64,000 nt of DNA from Tubiluchus corallicola. Lineage: Eukaryota > Animalia > Priapulida. Positions 1 through 43,527 of the stretch are shown piece by piece. How positions within the stretch are numbered: the stretch's first letter is position 1; the number at the start of each line of letters is the position of its first letter. The notes under the pieces were generated by a model that was not told the origin of the DNA, ran no database searches, and saw only the letters and a program-made list of their open reading frames with translations. A program made the position numbers and the translations under genes. The stretch is taken from contig JAQGDQ010000008.1 of assembly GCA_030141605.1 (NCBI GenBank), forward strand, positions 1,550,001 to 1,614,000. The letters run 5' to 3'.

Positions 1-574
1 ATTTTTTTGGTCACTACTGTTAAAGTCCTCTATGTGTTCACGACAAACTAGACGAAGGCGTTTCTTCACTTCTTTAAAGGGAATTTCATCCCAGCACTCA
101 GCAATTTTTGGGTTTAATTATTTTACATCAAATGGCTCTGTGCGGAAATTTTCACTTATACCGTAACCCAGAGGGTTAAGTCCCATTTTTTCTTCGCAAC
201 AAATATTTATCAGTGCTTCATTTTCTCTGGTGAAGACTCTAATGGAAAACTGTTTATTTCTTTATTATTTTGCTACCATTTATTGAGTACTTTATACGTC
301 AACGCAACAATTTTTCAGCTGATGATTATATCAGATATTGTTTTTGCATCTAATTTTTGACATGCAAAGTTTTGACTTAAAAACCTATAACTAGTTAATT
401 TTACAGTGAAAAGTTAATATACTGTAATATTAATGGCGCTGTGAAAATTGAACTTTGTAGGCTACTTGCTTATAATATTATTCTAGCCTCAATTTCAGTA
501 CGTTTTCTGCGGCACCTTTCGTTACATTAACTTGCAAACGCAAATTTTTGTACAAAATTGGCAGCTGTTCGTTA

Positions 575-647
575 TACACACACACACACATGCACGCACG
601 CACGCGCGCGCACACACACACACACAGACACACGCACGCACGTACAC
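575..647. repeat. Compound (CA)n/(CG)n/(GCAC)n microsatellite
   Basis: Directly visible; explains the spurious ORF 572..805. Confidence 0.9.
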
Positions 648-3600
648 AAAGAAAGATAAACTATTTGTCTTATAGGGCTAAAATAACCAATAACATACAT
701 CGTGGATAATTTCATCATTTTCGCCAGTATACTTATTACAAAATAAATATAACTTTCAGCTGGGTATTTATTAAAAACAGGTACCATTTTACTCTTGGAA
801 AACACTATAACTTAGGTACCATGTAACACATTTAGTTCTAGAAGTGCTTGATGATAACGGACTTTGAAAGGCGGTGACAAATTTTAACCAAAATCTCAAC
901 TGGGTAAATTTTGGAGAATTTGAGTAAAATCTCAACTGTCAACAAAATGTTTTGATTTCTCTAACAATTGTTTCGTTCACCAGAGACAAGCTTTTTACCA
1001 AGAAGTTGAAAGCCCATATTTTGTATTTGTACTACATGCTATAATGGTGGAAAACCAAAACTCGGAAAGGTCATGTCTAAAAATTAGATGAAAACGACAC
1101 ACGCACGACTTTTGTTGGAAGTAAAAAGTTGGTTGACAAAAGCCCGAATACCATCGCGTTTTTAACAAGGAAACTTGGGCTACAAACCCGTTACCATGTC
1201 AGCGCCCGTTGTTGCAAACAATTCATTGTACATCATTTTCCACAAATGTCAAGAAAATTCTGCCTAGACTGTTTTCGTCAGTAATAGTAATAATCACAGA
1301 CAATTGTTTGAACATTCTCTCAGTTTAGCGTAATTTCTACACACGTTTATAAAACGCCAGTCTGACTTAGCTACATCCCAATTGTTGCGTCTCCACTGAT
1401 GTGAACTTGAAATTTTAACACTCCATGTTCAGCAGGATACGCACAATGGCATAACGGCTAAGCGATGACGGCAATTATTCGCATGTGTCGGAGGCTTAAT
1501 GTGTGTAGGTTCAATCAACAGATGAAAATACAATGACTTAACTAGATCATTAGCGTACGAACTGACTCACACATAACTTACTCTTGACTCAAGGAACAAT
1601 TCAAGTACATGTATAATTGTTGAACCATGAAATTTTATTGTCATTAAATTAAGTAAATGACTAGGAGTATAACGAGTTCAAAATTGCGACGTGACAGCAA
1701 CTTTTGTCAAAATTCTATGTTGCAGTGCAACCAATTCAATAATTAATTTCGTATTGATTTAATCAAATTTAGTTGCAATTTATTTTGTGAAATTGTGCTG
1801 TTTTTTAATTCATGCTTTATAAAGCTATTTGTTTTGAGCGAGCCACGTTATAATCTCAGAATCACACCACGTAAATTAATTACTACTAGTCACTTCTAAT
1901 TAATTATGCGCAGTTATGTTAATATGCTAATTTATAATACAGTGTAAATTTATGGGTTTTGAATGAACTTGGAATTACATACTTGTGTAAAACAGTCGTC
2001 CATGGATATGAATAAAAAAAATGTTCATTATTTTTACAAACCATTTTTGCAGTCTTCAATAAACTAGCAATGCGTTTTGTGTGCATGGAGGTTTGTTAAA
2101 ACTGAATCCTTTCTGACAAAAGTAAGAGTTTCGTACAGGCACGTTCAATCAACTTGTGATATATATATATATATATAGTTAGAACACTGTCTTTTGAATA
2201 GCTTCGTTGCTTTATTACATTACAGACTGAGGTTAAGGTTAAAAATGGCACACTCACCCACTTATAGGACTACCTAACACAATGTGCATTTAAAATCAAT
2301 AATGAGCATTAATACACCGAAACAATGCATGGTTACATACATCATAAAACATAATGAAGTCCTTAGTAGAATCTTTACTAATCATTTTATTTGGGTCTAG
2401 TATTTCACTCTGTTGTTTCTCACTAGTGTTTACTTGCACAAATTGTCAAAATGGAGTATTGTGGAGTTTAGCAACTCATGCATTGACAACGCTTGACAAT
2501 GCTTTTCACAATACAGTAAAAGTAATGTCATTGCCGTGAGCTGATATCAAAGAATAGAAAATCAAAATCAACAAAACAAAAACTCCATTAAAGTGCAGTA
2601 TTTCGTACAAGTAAAACTATTATTATCGTTTCACGCAGTGTTCATTTCAGCTGTGCAACGAAAATGTTAGAATGTATACGACTTTTATAAACATTAAGTG
2701 AGAAATGCTTAAATGGACTTCTTCCAAAAATATGTAAATTAAGGGCTTGTATTTGCACTGCATACAGTACACTAGATTATTACTATCATTGCAATCATTT
2801 GAATGATAACATTTATCTATATGCAGGAAATATCAACGCTGTAAAAGAAAAGTTGATCCAGATAATTTTTTTATGAATGCATAATAGTTTATTCAGTGCT
2901 AGAAATGTCACATTGTATATGATGGTGGTTTAGCTTTGAATCAACGGTTATAGTCAACTGAAAGACATAATGAAAAATTTTCGTTGCGTGCAAAATTCAT
3001 GGAAAAACTAGTAAAGCTCAACGTCAGTGTGCTGTTCTATTGAACATCAAAGATGATGCATTTAGCAGCACCTAATCTCACGGGAATTTATAATAAAACT
3101 GTCAAAAATCAATCCAATGTAAGAGACAGCAGTTTTGTGTAGGTAGTTTCTAACGTATTACCCTACGTTATAGTAAGAATAAGTACAGAATCAGCTGGTC
3201 GTTGTTTTTTAAGACCGTACTGCATATTTCACACCAGATAATAATTTACTTATACTGTGTCAGGAGCAGGTTAATTATGCAGAACTCTTAGATTGCTTAT
3301 CAAACATAGGTAGCGCAATGTGTTACGGTTTATTTAAGCAAAGACAAAATGCTTTACGCTTAACAATAAGCTCTTGATACTTTCATTACGTGCACGTGCA
3401 TTCACAGTAGATCAAAGCTTATTTGTACCACTACCACTAAGAGTTTAACTGGTGAGTTACCCAACATCCCTGACTACTAATAGTCGTCTGATATTCTTGG
3501 GTAATTATAATCAAGTTACCTTACAATTAGAAAGGCCATTGAAATTTCAACAGTATAACACAAAACAAATTTTCTTATGGAATTTAATAAATGTCAGTAT

Positions 3601-4419
3601 CAGATAAACTAATAGCTAGGTTAAGTTGTTTGACAAACATTAATATAAATTTAAGACGATCATTTTATCCGAATAGCGCAGCTAAGCTGAAGAAGCAGCT
3701 AACTGATGTAAATAAGCGTTTCTTCATAAGCAACAAAAGCGTGGCATTATCCATGTATGCAAACGCTCTGCTAATGTGCTATAAATAATCTTTGACCTTT
3801 TACAATCATCATCAACTGATGGAATTCTGAAATAGCTTATTGCTTGTGAACATAATCACATTTACCTTTCAAAAGTCATTGGAAACTTGTTGACAAACAA
3901 AAACGTAAGTAAAAAATATACAATACCAGGTGGCAAACAACTGACACCAGTAATAATGGCCCAATAGAAAATGTACGGCAAAATTATAAAAAAACACGTT
4001 AACAAAATTAGTCACACTTCAAAATATGACATCACCAATAAAAGCTATACAGTTCGGGTGACTTGTATTTTAATAAGTTTACCTCAACAAAACATGTAAA
4101 AAAATGGTATAACTTCTCAACTAATCACATTCAGACATCTTGAGTGAAACATTATCACTGGCAGTTATCTTAAAACAGTAAACTACTTAATAGTGCTCGA
4201 CAGAAAAATGAATTTTACATGCGACAACTTGTGTATCTTGAAGAAGTTTATCATCAAATTATGCTGATTTTCATAAACACTGCACATAGCATTTACCCAC
4301 ACAGCCAACGATCAATTAGAACTACTGCTAACAGTGGCGTATTAAATTGTCCACAAGTATAGCTAGAGGACAGCCACTACACCGGGCACTAAGCAGATTA
4401 TACATGATGAGACTAACAT

Positions 4420-22775
<18,356 letters not shown>

Positions 22776-23171
22776 TTTGAGTGCCCTAAAAATGCTATTT
22801 TTATCAGACAGGAAAACAACACTAACAGCATACTAGCTTTGATATTCAGGCCATAAAAAGAGCTCTTTACACTACATACAATGGTTTTTACAAAGTACAA
22901 AAGAACAGATAGTTGTCAAAAAAATTATAATAATAATTTATATAATCGACCAAGATAAATGTTCAAATCAGTAGGTGGTGCCATACATATTACCTATCAC
23001 ATTACTACTATCACTATGCGGGCTCAATGAGCCATCTGGTTTACAACATTTTTAATTTGACCCAGTGGTCATTACATCATTACATTAAGTACTGTTACTA
23101 TTCGAACATTTTTAAAATATTGTTGGCTTAGTACTCATAGAGCAGTTTTTTTAAATTAATACAAAACTTAC

Positions 23172-23270
23172 TTCTGATACCTGAGTCCACAAACCTGTTT
23201 ACTAGCTGTTCAAAATAACACTTAGGCACTGCTAATTTGATAAACAAACAAGGATGAATGTAAGCGAAAA
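23172..23270 (-). other. Probable non-coding first exon of MCM4
   Basis: The ATG exon is preceded by an acceptor (AG at 22786-22787). A strong GTAAG donor lies at 23167-23171 (minus), just downstream of a CpG-containing E2F-like motif. The 5' boundary is approximate. Confidence 0.55.
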
Positions 23271-23273
23271 AAC

Positions 23274-23283
23274 CCCGCGAAAA
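23274..23283 (-). promoter_or_regulatory. E2F-like binding site (TTTTCGCGGG) in the MCM4 promoter
   Basis: Plus-strand cccgcgaaaa immediately upstream of the putative first exon. It resembles the E2F TTTSSCGS consensus, and MCM genes are established E2F targets. Confidence 0.6.
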
Positions 23284-23533
23284 TGCACTGCGGTGTGTGC
23301 ACAAGTAACCGATAAAAAGTAATAAAATAATTCATCGCGAGTTTATTTCATGGGAGCGTACTATGCTACGCTATGTACTATATTAATTTTGAAAAGCTGC
23401 TATAACCGATTGTTGGTTCACAGTTTGTTTGAAATGAATGTTTGGTATACCCAAGATAATTATCAACATTCGCAGTACCCGCAAATATACAAATAAGTAT
23501 GAATTAAGCTGGTTGCATGGCAGTAGACCAGAT

Positions 23534-23586
23534 CAATTGCTGTGTTGGGACCTACAGGGTCAACAATTGTTGTGTTGGGACCTACA
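23534..23586. repeat. 30-bp-period direct duplication
   Basis: caattg(c/t)tgtgttgggacctaca at 23534 and 23564. Confidence 0.8.
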
Positions 23587-25088
23587 TGATCTTTGACAAT
23601 GTAGCATCGTCAGTCTTCCCTGCTGAGGGTCTAGCGAGTAGAGACATGAAAAATATTTTTCCTGTGTTTCTGGTCCTAACTTGACTAACGTTGATTTTGT
23701 ATGAATCGCACAGCCGCCTGTAAGCTCATTCAATTGTGATACATAAACTCTGTAGCCGTCCTTTATTTACAGGTTCTTGTTGAGGAGGTTTCTACTAGGG
23801 TTCTTGGTGTGACTTTTACGAAGTGAATTACATTTTAAGTACAAATTGGTGGCCCCAAAATTGCTCAGTGGTTGATAATTGTTGACGACTGGTTGACGTA
23901 CGTAATTAATAATGAATTTAATGTCATAATGACAATGACGATTACCACTGTAAATGTCAGTAATGATAACAACAGTGATAATGATAATTGATGATAAGGA
24001 CGATTGTGCATCTTATTGTTTCTGATTTAAGTGTAAAACATTTGCACCACGGCATTGCAATGATAGCAGTTAAGTTAACTATTTGCTTCTGATGTCATTA
24101 ATCGATTATGGTTTTTCCTTTCTTTCGATCGTATATAGAAACTTTTATGAATAGGTAAGGTGCTGATCAAGACAGTGATGATGATGATATCATTAAGCTA
24201 ATTAGAAGCTTCTGATAAGCACTAACTATATTAATCATTCTAGCCGTAGACCTACATGCTTAGCTTCACACAGGAGTGTCTTACATTGCACGACATTCTT
24301 TTTAGTGAACTTTAGCACAGAATTATGTTTTGTCGTTACTATTAGCAGACACAGTAATTATTATGGTAATATAAATAATCATTTGCGTTCCACCAGAGGA
24401 CATATGCACTGTCCAAATGCCTTCCTAGATTATCCGGCGTCTTCTATGATATTGTCTTGCACGTGAGCAAGTGATGGTGTAGATAGTGTAGACATGTGTG
24501 AAAACATTTTTTGTGATACATTAGCGTAATTCTTGAGAGACACGCTTTTCCGATAATGCGAAGAAATTAAGATGAATCAGCAACACAAATTTACACATAC
24601 TTGTTGGAGATAAGCTGATACTGTCATGTGCGATACTGCAGCTACAATACTAAAGGTTACAATGTTAAAATACTGAAATCCAATACTAAACTTTAGTCAT
24701 TATTAAAAAGCTGAAATATAACTGGCAATACTTTAGCTTAAATTTTACTAAACAACTAGACATGAAAAAATTGCGTCTTAGTGGTGATGCAAAACTTTTC
24801 GGACTTTCCAATGTAATATTGCTTTCCTGCATTCTTGCATTTATATTAGTATAACAAAATATATTTCACATGATCAGTTGGTCACATTCTCATAATTGCG
24901 TAAGCGTTACGCATGGCACAACTGGACATAATTTCAGGCAAGCAACGACCTCCGTTATACTTGATATTTTGACGCACTCAAGGCTAAACTTACTGTAGTT
25001 CAGTCTTAACAGTTTATACTGTCACGAATAAGAAAGGTCTGCTGTAAGAACAAGAATTTTTCATTCTAGCTCCCTGGCATATTCCAAA

Positions 25089-27911
25089 ATGAGTTGTTTG
25101 CTCACATCGAATTGTTTTACTTTGTCGTTGTACATTTTGTACGTGACGCAGTTTGGAAACTCGTCTGCTATATTTGCGCCTAATCCTGAAAAACAATGCC
25201 TCGAAAAAGACGTTTTGCTGATTTTTGAACGACTTGATGAGGTACAGAGCAGAACTGAACGCGCCGTTTCTGCTGTGGAAAGGAGACTAACTGAAGAAAT
25301 GGAACAGCTTCGTGCAGAAGTTAATGAACAATTTACAAACTTTGATGATAAACTGGCGAAATTGATCAAGTTTGCAGGAGGAATAATAGAAGAAGGTATG
25401 ATATGCGATAATGAAGTCGTTGAAACTCAGTTGGTTAGTCCTTCGTTTTCTTTTTTGTTGTCCTTTTCTTCGCTTGCTTACCCATTCGCTTTTATGTTTA
25501 TTATTCTTTGTGATGATGTTATTAATTTGGCACAGTTATTTACCTCATCCATTTGTCCGTTTTCTTTGTTTTTGTCTGTTACTAATTTCAAGCAGAATCA
25601 GATTACAATCACCATTTCCTGGTTCGTTTGCTTATCTTTTATTCAGTCCTATCATCTGGTTCGGCGGCTTAGATTCTATCTATTTACAGTGAACAAATGT
25701 ACAGCTGTGTGAGGACTTTTTGCAATTGTTTTGGAATCGTTTGTAATTGCATAAATGTATTGTTGTTTTCTACGTGACATTTGGGCACGGGGACAGTTGA
25801 ACATGAGACATTTGGGCACCAATAAAATGCACCTAATTTTTTATTTTGTTTATTAAACTTTTAATGGTTCACTATCTTCCTAACACTTGCAATTATATTA
25901 TCTCTGAACTCCAAGTGTACAAATTACGTATGAATAAAAAGCTAATATACATAATATTTAGACACTGCAAGTTTAGATTAGCACTTCGTCAAAATAATGA
26001 CAGCAGCTCTTTTCAAAAATACATAACGCATCACAAAAACAATAAGTAATAGAAAACTCTACATAAAAAAAAGATCTTGCCACAACAGAATATAATTTGG
26101 CGTTACTATAGCAATCAAACTAGTAATATATCGCAATACTACATTCATTGATATATATATATATATATATAACTAGCTTGATGTGTTTGAGAAGAAATTA
26201 ACATGCACTTGTTGTTCAGCTTGTTCTTAGTAACTACACATTCGAAATCAACTAGATCAATTAGCGAGCTAAACGCTTAATGTATGATTATTAACATCAA
26301 GATTTTAACAACCATAATTGTAAGTTTTTTGCCGTATTCGTCGCGAAATGCGCGATACGTGTAACATTTGCACTCAGCGGCTCAGAAGTGATTTTACTCA
26401 TGCTAAGTGGATTACAGTCGCATCCAGTTTAATTACACAATCGAATTCAGCAAAATAATTATTTTCTTTTCTTACAAAAACTTCAACTGTTTAAAAAGTT
26501 ACAATGGTAATCAGTCCGTGGACTATGATACCTACAATTTTCGCTTACTGTAGACAGCTTGGTTTGCAGCGCTTATAGAAATAATGTCAGGGCGTTCTTA
26601 CTGAGTCACGTAACAATGCATCGTGAGTCGGCGCCGGCACCCAAATGTCTCGCGCCCGAATGAACCAGCACCCAATTCTCGGGGGCCCAAACGGTCCAAG
26701 ATTGTCAATTGTCACATAGGTCAACAGAGTGTTCGAAATAGAAACAGTGCAGTAGAAAAATGCTGATAATATACTGAGCTCACAACAATAAAAAGGGTGT
26801 TTAAAAAGTCTCAATTATATAGTAGGCGATTATACAACACAACAGGTGAAAGTGTGCACAGTTAAATAATGTTAGTGCACTGATTTTGGAACACACTGTA
26901 TAAACATGCACATGTACAATTGTACATGTCGCGATAATATCTTTCAGAAAGTTTTATATCGGAAGAATGTCTGGAATGCTTATGCAGAATTGAACAATCC
27001 ACGAGCATTTGCCGCGTTCCATCACCTACCTGCCTGGATAACACTGACCTTTATTATTGCGGACCTTATAACATTGATGAAATAGCCTGGACCGATGCAG
27101 CTGCAGAGAACCCGGATTTACAGGATGGTAAGCATAACACTTATTAGTTACGCCAAATCGAAACACTGTCACAAACCTTCTGGTAAATTTTAAAAGTTCA
27201 TTTTTGTTTGCCTGCAAAAGATGTCAGATCATATAACTATACCTGTAATCTATTAGGAACAAACAATTAATAATGTGATGTGACAGTGAAAGACAGAAAG
27301 CAGAGAGAGGAGACAGAGAAAGAGGAGCAGATAAACGAGGTGAGGGACAGATATAGAAAGAGGTATATGGGTGCGCAAGCTGTACTTTAATTCAGTAATA
27401 ACCAAAACAATTATACTGTATGTAGCAAAAAATAAGTGCATGCAATGTGCGTGTTTGGTGAAAGCATTTAATGCAATAAAGGGCACTTATTCTTAATCAT
27501 TACATTAACCATGTAATATAAATAATTACAGTATGATTATTATCATCATGATTATTGAAATCATAAGAATTCACTATTACTTTTTTAGTTTTGATAATAA
27601 TAACAATGGATTTCTGCTTTCAGCTTTTTTCATTTACATGTATAAAATACGATGTACTTTATTTCTAAATGCTCAAATAATTGCTCAATCCTGTTGCAGT
27701 TGGCTTCAGAGAATGTACATCAACATTAGAATGTAGCAATAAAGTGATGAATAGTTATATGAGCAAATATGCAAAAGAAGACATTCTTGGTCATGTGCCA
27801 ACATGCGAAGATATCAGTCGTATACATAAAGGTGGACCCAATGGCTACAAGGAGAGATGGACACTAACTTATGCCTCGCAGGTTACAGACTGCCTTAGCT
27901 CATTGAATTAG
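25089..27911 (+). CDS. Secreted invertebrate-type (i-type) lysozyme/destabilase-domain protein with N-terminal coiled coil (3 exons, 232 aa)
   Basis: join(25089..25395,26948..27127,27700..27911); both introns are GT-AG and phase 1; 699 nt. Exon 1 encodes a hydrophobic signal-like N-terminus plus an amphipathic helix. Exon 2: ISEECLECLCRIE..C..C..CGPYNI...W.D. Exon 3: CS..VM..YM.KY..PTCEDISRIHKGGPNG..T..Y..V..CL. This matches the i-type motifs CLxCxCxxE, CGxFQI, YWxD and RIHNGGPxG. Confidence 0.9.
25770..26705. mobile_element. Foldback/MITE-like element with inverted arrays of a ~15-bp unit, in lysozyme intron 1
   Basis: Left end has three gacatttgggcac-like units (25776-25820); right end has four inverted gcacccaaatgtc-like units (26637-26697). 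Confidence 0.6.
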
Positions 27912-29876
27912 AATGTCCAGTTTTAAGAATCCAACCAAGCAATTTTTGGTATTAAAATTGAATTTGTAATAATAACAATTAAATGAGAAATTCAATTATT
28001 AATCATTATTGATTTTATTCAATACAATTAAAGTTTTATTCCACATTGGAATGATATATGCACTTCCACATGGAAACTGTGTTATAATGGTGATATTTGA
28101 TAGCAAGATTTTTTATTACAATAACTTAACTTATGCTGCTTCATGCAATTTCAATTCCCATTTATTAACACTACATACTTTTTAGCATCGCCACTGCATG
28201 ACAAAAATTTAAAATCTTTTCGTTCTAACCGATTCTTATTGAAATATCTATGCTGTATGAAAGTTGCATATGTGGGTGCTATGCAGATGGTAATACTGTA
28301 ATTATAAATTAATAGCAATAACTATTACCCTCAAAATAATTTTAGTTTTCGTAGTTCGTACGGAACCATGGTTTCAATAATTTGCTCAAGATCTGAGACG
28401 TACATGAAACTATTATGTACAATTAAAATGCATACAACTGATAACTGCATTTCTACAGTACTATTTTCTTTATTGTTAGTTTTATATACATCTACATAAT
28501 TACAAGTTAGTGAAATCACAATGGTAAAAAAAATGACAAAGGTAATGCAATTTTAATGAGTAAAACTGCAGTAGAGAATACAAGATTGTGTAGCTTGCAT
28601 TTTTTCTACAGTACTTAAAATTATAATTAATTTCAAACAGTGTAATTACAGTAAACTTTGTGATTTACCTCAATTTGTGATAACATTACATGTATGGTGG
28701 CGCAAACGTCACAAATTTGCTACACTTTAAACGTAATTACGCCCTTATATTCAATTTGCATTTACAAATTTGCCTATCTTTCAGTTGTGCAGTCACTGCC
28801 CTAGAATTTTAAACAATTACGTAACCTAGCCCTAAATGATAAAATCATAATTAGACATTTATTTGCAAACACCAGTAAAAGCATCCTTGACTAACAATTT
28901 CTATAAAGGTAGTAGCAAAAGTTAAGACAATTCGAAAACTATATCTTATATACTTGCAAATCGTACGCATTTTGCATATGCCAGATCACAGGCACATGTT
29001 ACTTCTATATTTCATGGATTATTTTAAAATAGTTGTAACAATTGACTAGTATACTTCCAGAGTATTTAAGATTCACAACAATTAACAGTACACTAAAATG
29101 AAAATTCATGTAAAGAGCTTCATAAACAATGAAGAATTGCACTAGATCTTCTATAATTTCTAAATCTTATAATCTGAAATTACAGTTTTAAACTCCAACA
29201 ACATATAAAACATGTATCTCTATTAAGCCTGTGATATGATAACGTGAAAAACACGCACAATTTAAAATTAGATGATTAAAGTTACTACATATCAATATAA
29301 ATGATTATTTTTATAAACTAAACTTTTTATTGTCAGTTCATCAAACATATTAAATTGTTAGCAGCAGTATAAAATCTGTTGCTATTAATTAAACTAACCC
29401 TGAGATAGTTATAATATACTGAAAGCATAGGTCTGGCCAAACTCTTGTTAAATTCAAACTGCTTGTAAATTTATAATTCTTTTTCACAGGTCTTTGGGTT
29501 CAAGTTGCAGATGAAGTGAAATTCAGAATTGTCATCAGAGTCAATGCTAGTTAATTTGATCAAATCAAACCTTACTTTCTATCATCATCACTAACAGATG
29601 GGCTCTCATACATGTGTAAATAATCACGTACTCAATATTTCATAATTTTCGGCTATTCTTTGGCCCCTAAAAACTCTAGTTAAGCACACTTGATTCATAT
29701 CAACGTAATCATATTCAATTAACGTGTTTATTAATTGTTATATTACAGGCACATCTGAAAATAAACTTTTCATCATACATAATCTGTTTTCTACCTACCT
29801 ATCACGAAATATATTGGCAAATTAGTACTATAATTAGCTATTCCATGACACAGTTTTTAATCAAAACTGAAGAATT

Positions 29877-42270
<12,394 letters not shown>

Positions 42271-42549
42271 TTTTTCAATTTGCACGTGCTTTGAGCTGAA
42301 AATCAATAACAGCACAAGTTTCAGAGAGAACATGAATGGCAAATGTTTTTGAACAGTATAAAAACAGTTTCCAAATCATACCGTGGCAATGCAGAACTGC
42401 TGTGAAGGAAGTATTTCATTTCCTTCACCTCTTGTCCATACCAGTAACTGACATACATAGCAATACTTAAGGGAGTCTTTTGTAATATTTACAGCATACT
42501 ATGTCTCTGATACCAGCACGTTCTTTTACATTAATAGATGTGACATAAT

Positions 42550-43527
42550 TAAGATTCTGCATATAACAAATTCTGCAAGTAGCATATGGCAGAATCTTCG
42601 TAGAAATCAACCGTTTATTTATTACGTCTCTAATTTTGAAATCGTGATAACTTCGAAATTAAAACAGCTACAGTCAGGAAACTTGCAGGGAGCCACCTGA
42701 GGGTGGGGGACTAACAATGGTAAGGTAACCGGTGATCTCGGGTCAAAGGGCCAAGGACACTGAACATTGGTCAGTTTTTCCGTTGTCGCTCAATTCCTCC
42801 CAGGGCTTTGAGTTAATTAAGTCCTGTAGGGTAAATAGGGTACTCCTGTAGATGTGCATTAAATATTTTTTGGAAGTTGAAGTCTAGGAAAGTTCCGAGT
42901 TAGGAGCCAAAATGTGAAAATTAAGGCAAACAGGTTTGTCACTGAACTCCTTTTTACAGTATTGGACTAGGAGTCAACGTTTCTGCATGTATGGTCAGTG
43001 TGGGCAGATGGGTGGTTGTAGACGTACATTAAGTATTTTCGGAAAGTGGGAGTGGCCAGGTCACAAGACATGCGCAAAAGTGTTAAAATGGGGTCTGTTC
43101 AATAACTCCATAAGCATGAGAGCTAGAATCAGGAAAGTTGCAGAGTGGGTGCCTAACCTAGGTAGACACAGAGCAGTATGAGAATCATGACCTCTGGGCT
43201 AAAGGGCACAGCAGCAGGATCCAAAATGTGAAAATTAGGATAAATGACTTTTACCTTCAACTCCTCTTATAGTATTTGAGTAGGAGTCACTGATTATGCA
43301 TGTATGGATAACAGAGTAAGAGTAGATGTGTATTAAGCATTTTTCAAAAAGTGGGCATGGCCAGGTCACATGACATAGGCAAAAGTGTTAAAATGGGGTT
43401 GCAATAAAATGCATTTCCTGGGTAATCAAGCACGGAGAATTCAGTAATAGCAAAATTATGATTTTAAGACAAAGATCAAGTCAGCAAAGATTCAGCACTT
43501 GCAGTTTTGATCTATGTAATATTCTTG
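42550..43527 (+). mobile_element. Helentron/HINE-like non-autonomous element with internal tandem repeats
   Basis: 5' 10-bp inverted repeat AAGATTCTGC (42551-42560)/GCAGAATCTT (42589-42598). Diverged internal duplication ~42908-43094 vs ~43222-43399, with ggtcaaagg/ggtcacatgac motifs. Confidence 0.55.

Noticed and set aside
1-4419. Additional gene or piggyBac end (GGGTTAA at 173-179) in the first 4.4 kb
   Set aside because: The short ORFs have no recognisable motifs; the region is consistent with MCM4 3' UTR plus decayed repeats, and the partner TIR would lie outside the window.
24913-25047. Possible GC-AG intron (24938..25012) and 19-codon uORF upstream of the lysozyme gene
   Set aside because: Only a CAG|GCAAG motif and an acceptor-like sequence; no way to distinguish from chance without transcripts.
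25396-25712. Hydrophobic C-terminal half of ORF 25089..25712, resembling transmembrane segments
   Set aside because: Read-through into a T-rich intron after the GAAG|GTATGA donor that splices in phase to the lysozyme exon. An intron-retained membrane form cannot be supported.
29522-29592. Minus-strand C-box (ATGATGA) ... D-box (CTGA) snoRNA-like pattern
   Set aside because: Not intronic, no recognisable rRNA guide or terminal stem, and lies in what looks like a decayed hAT fragment downstream of AGXT2.
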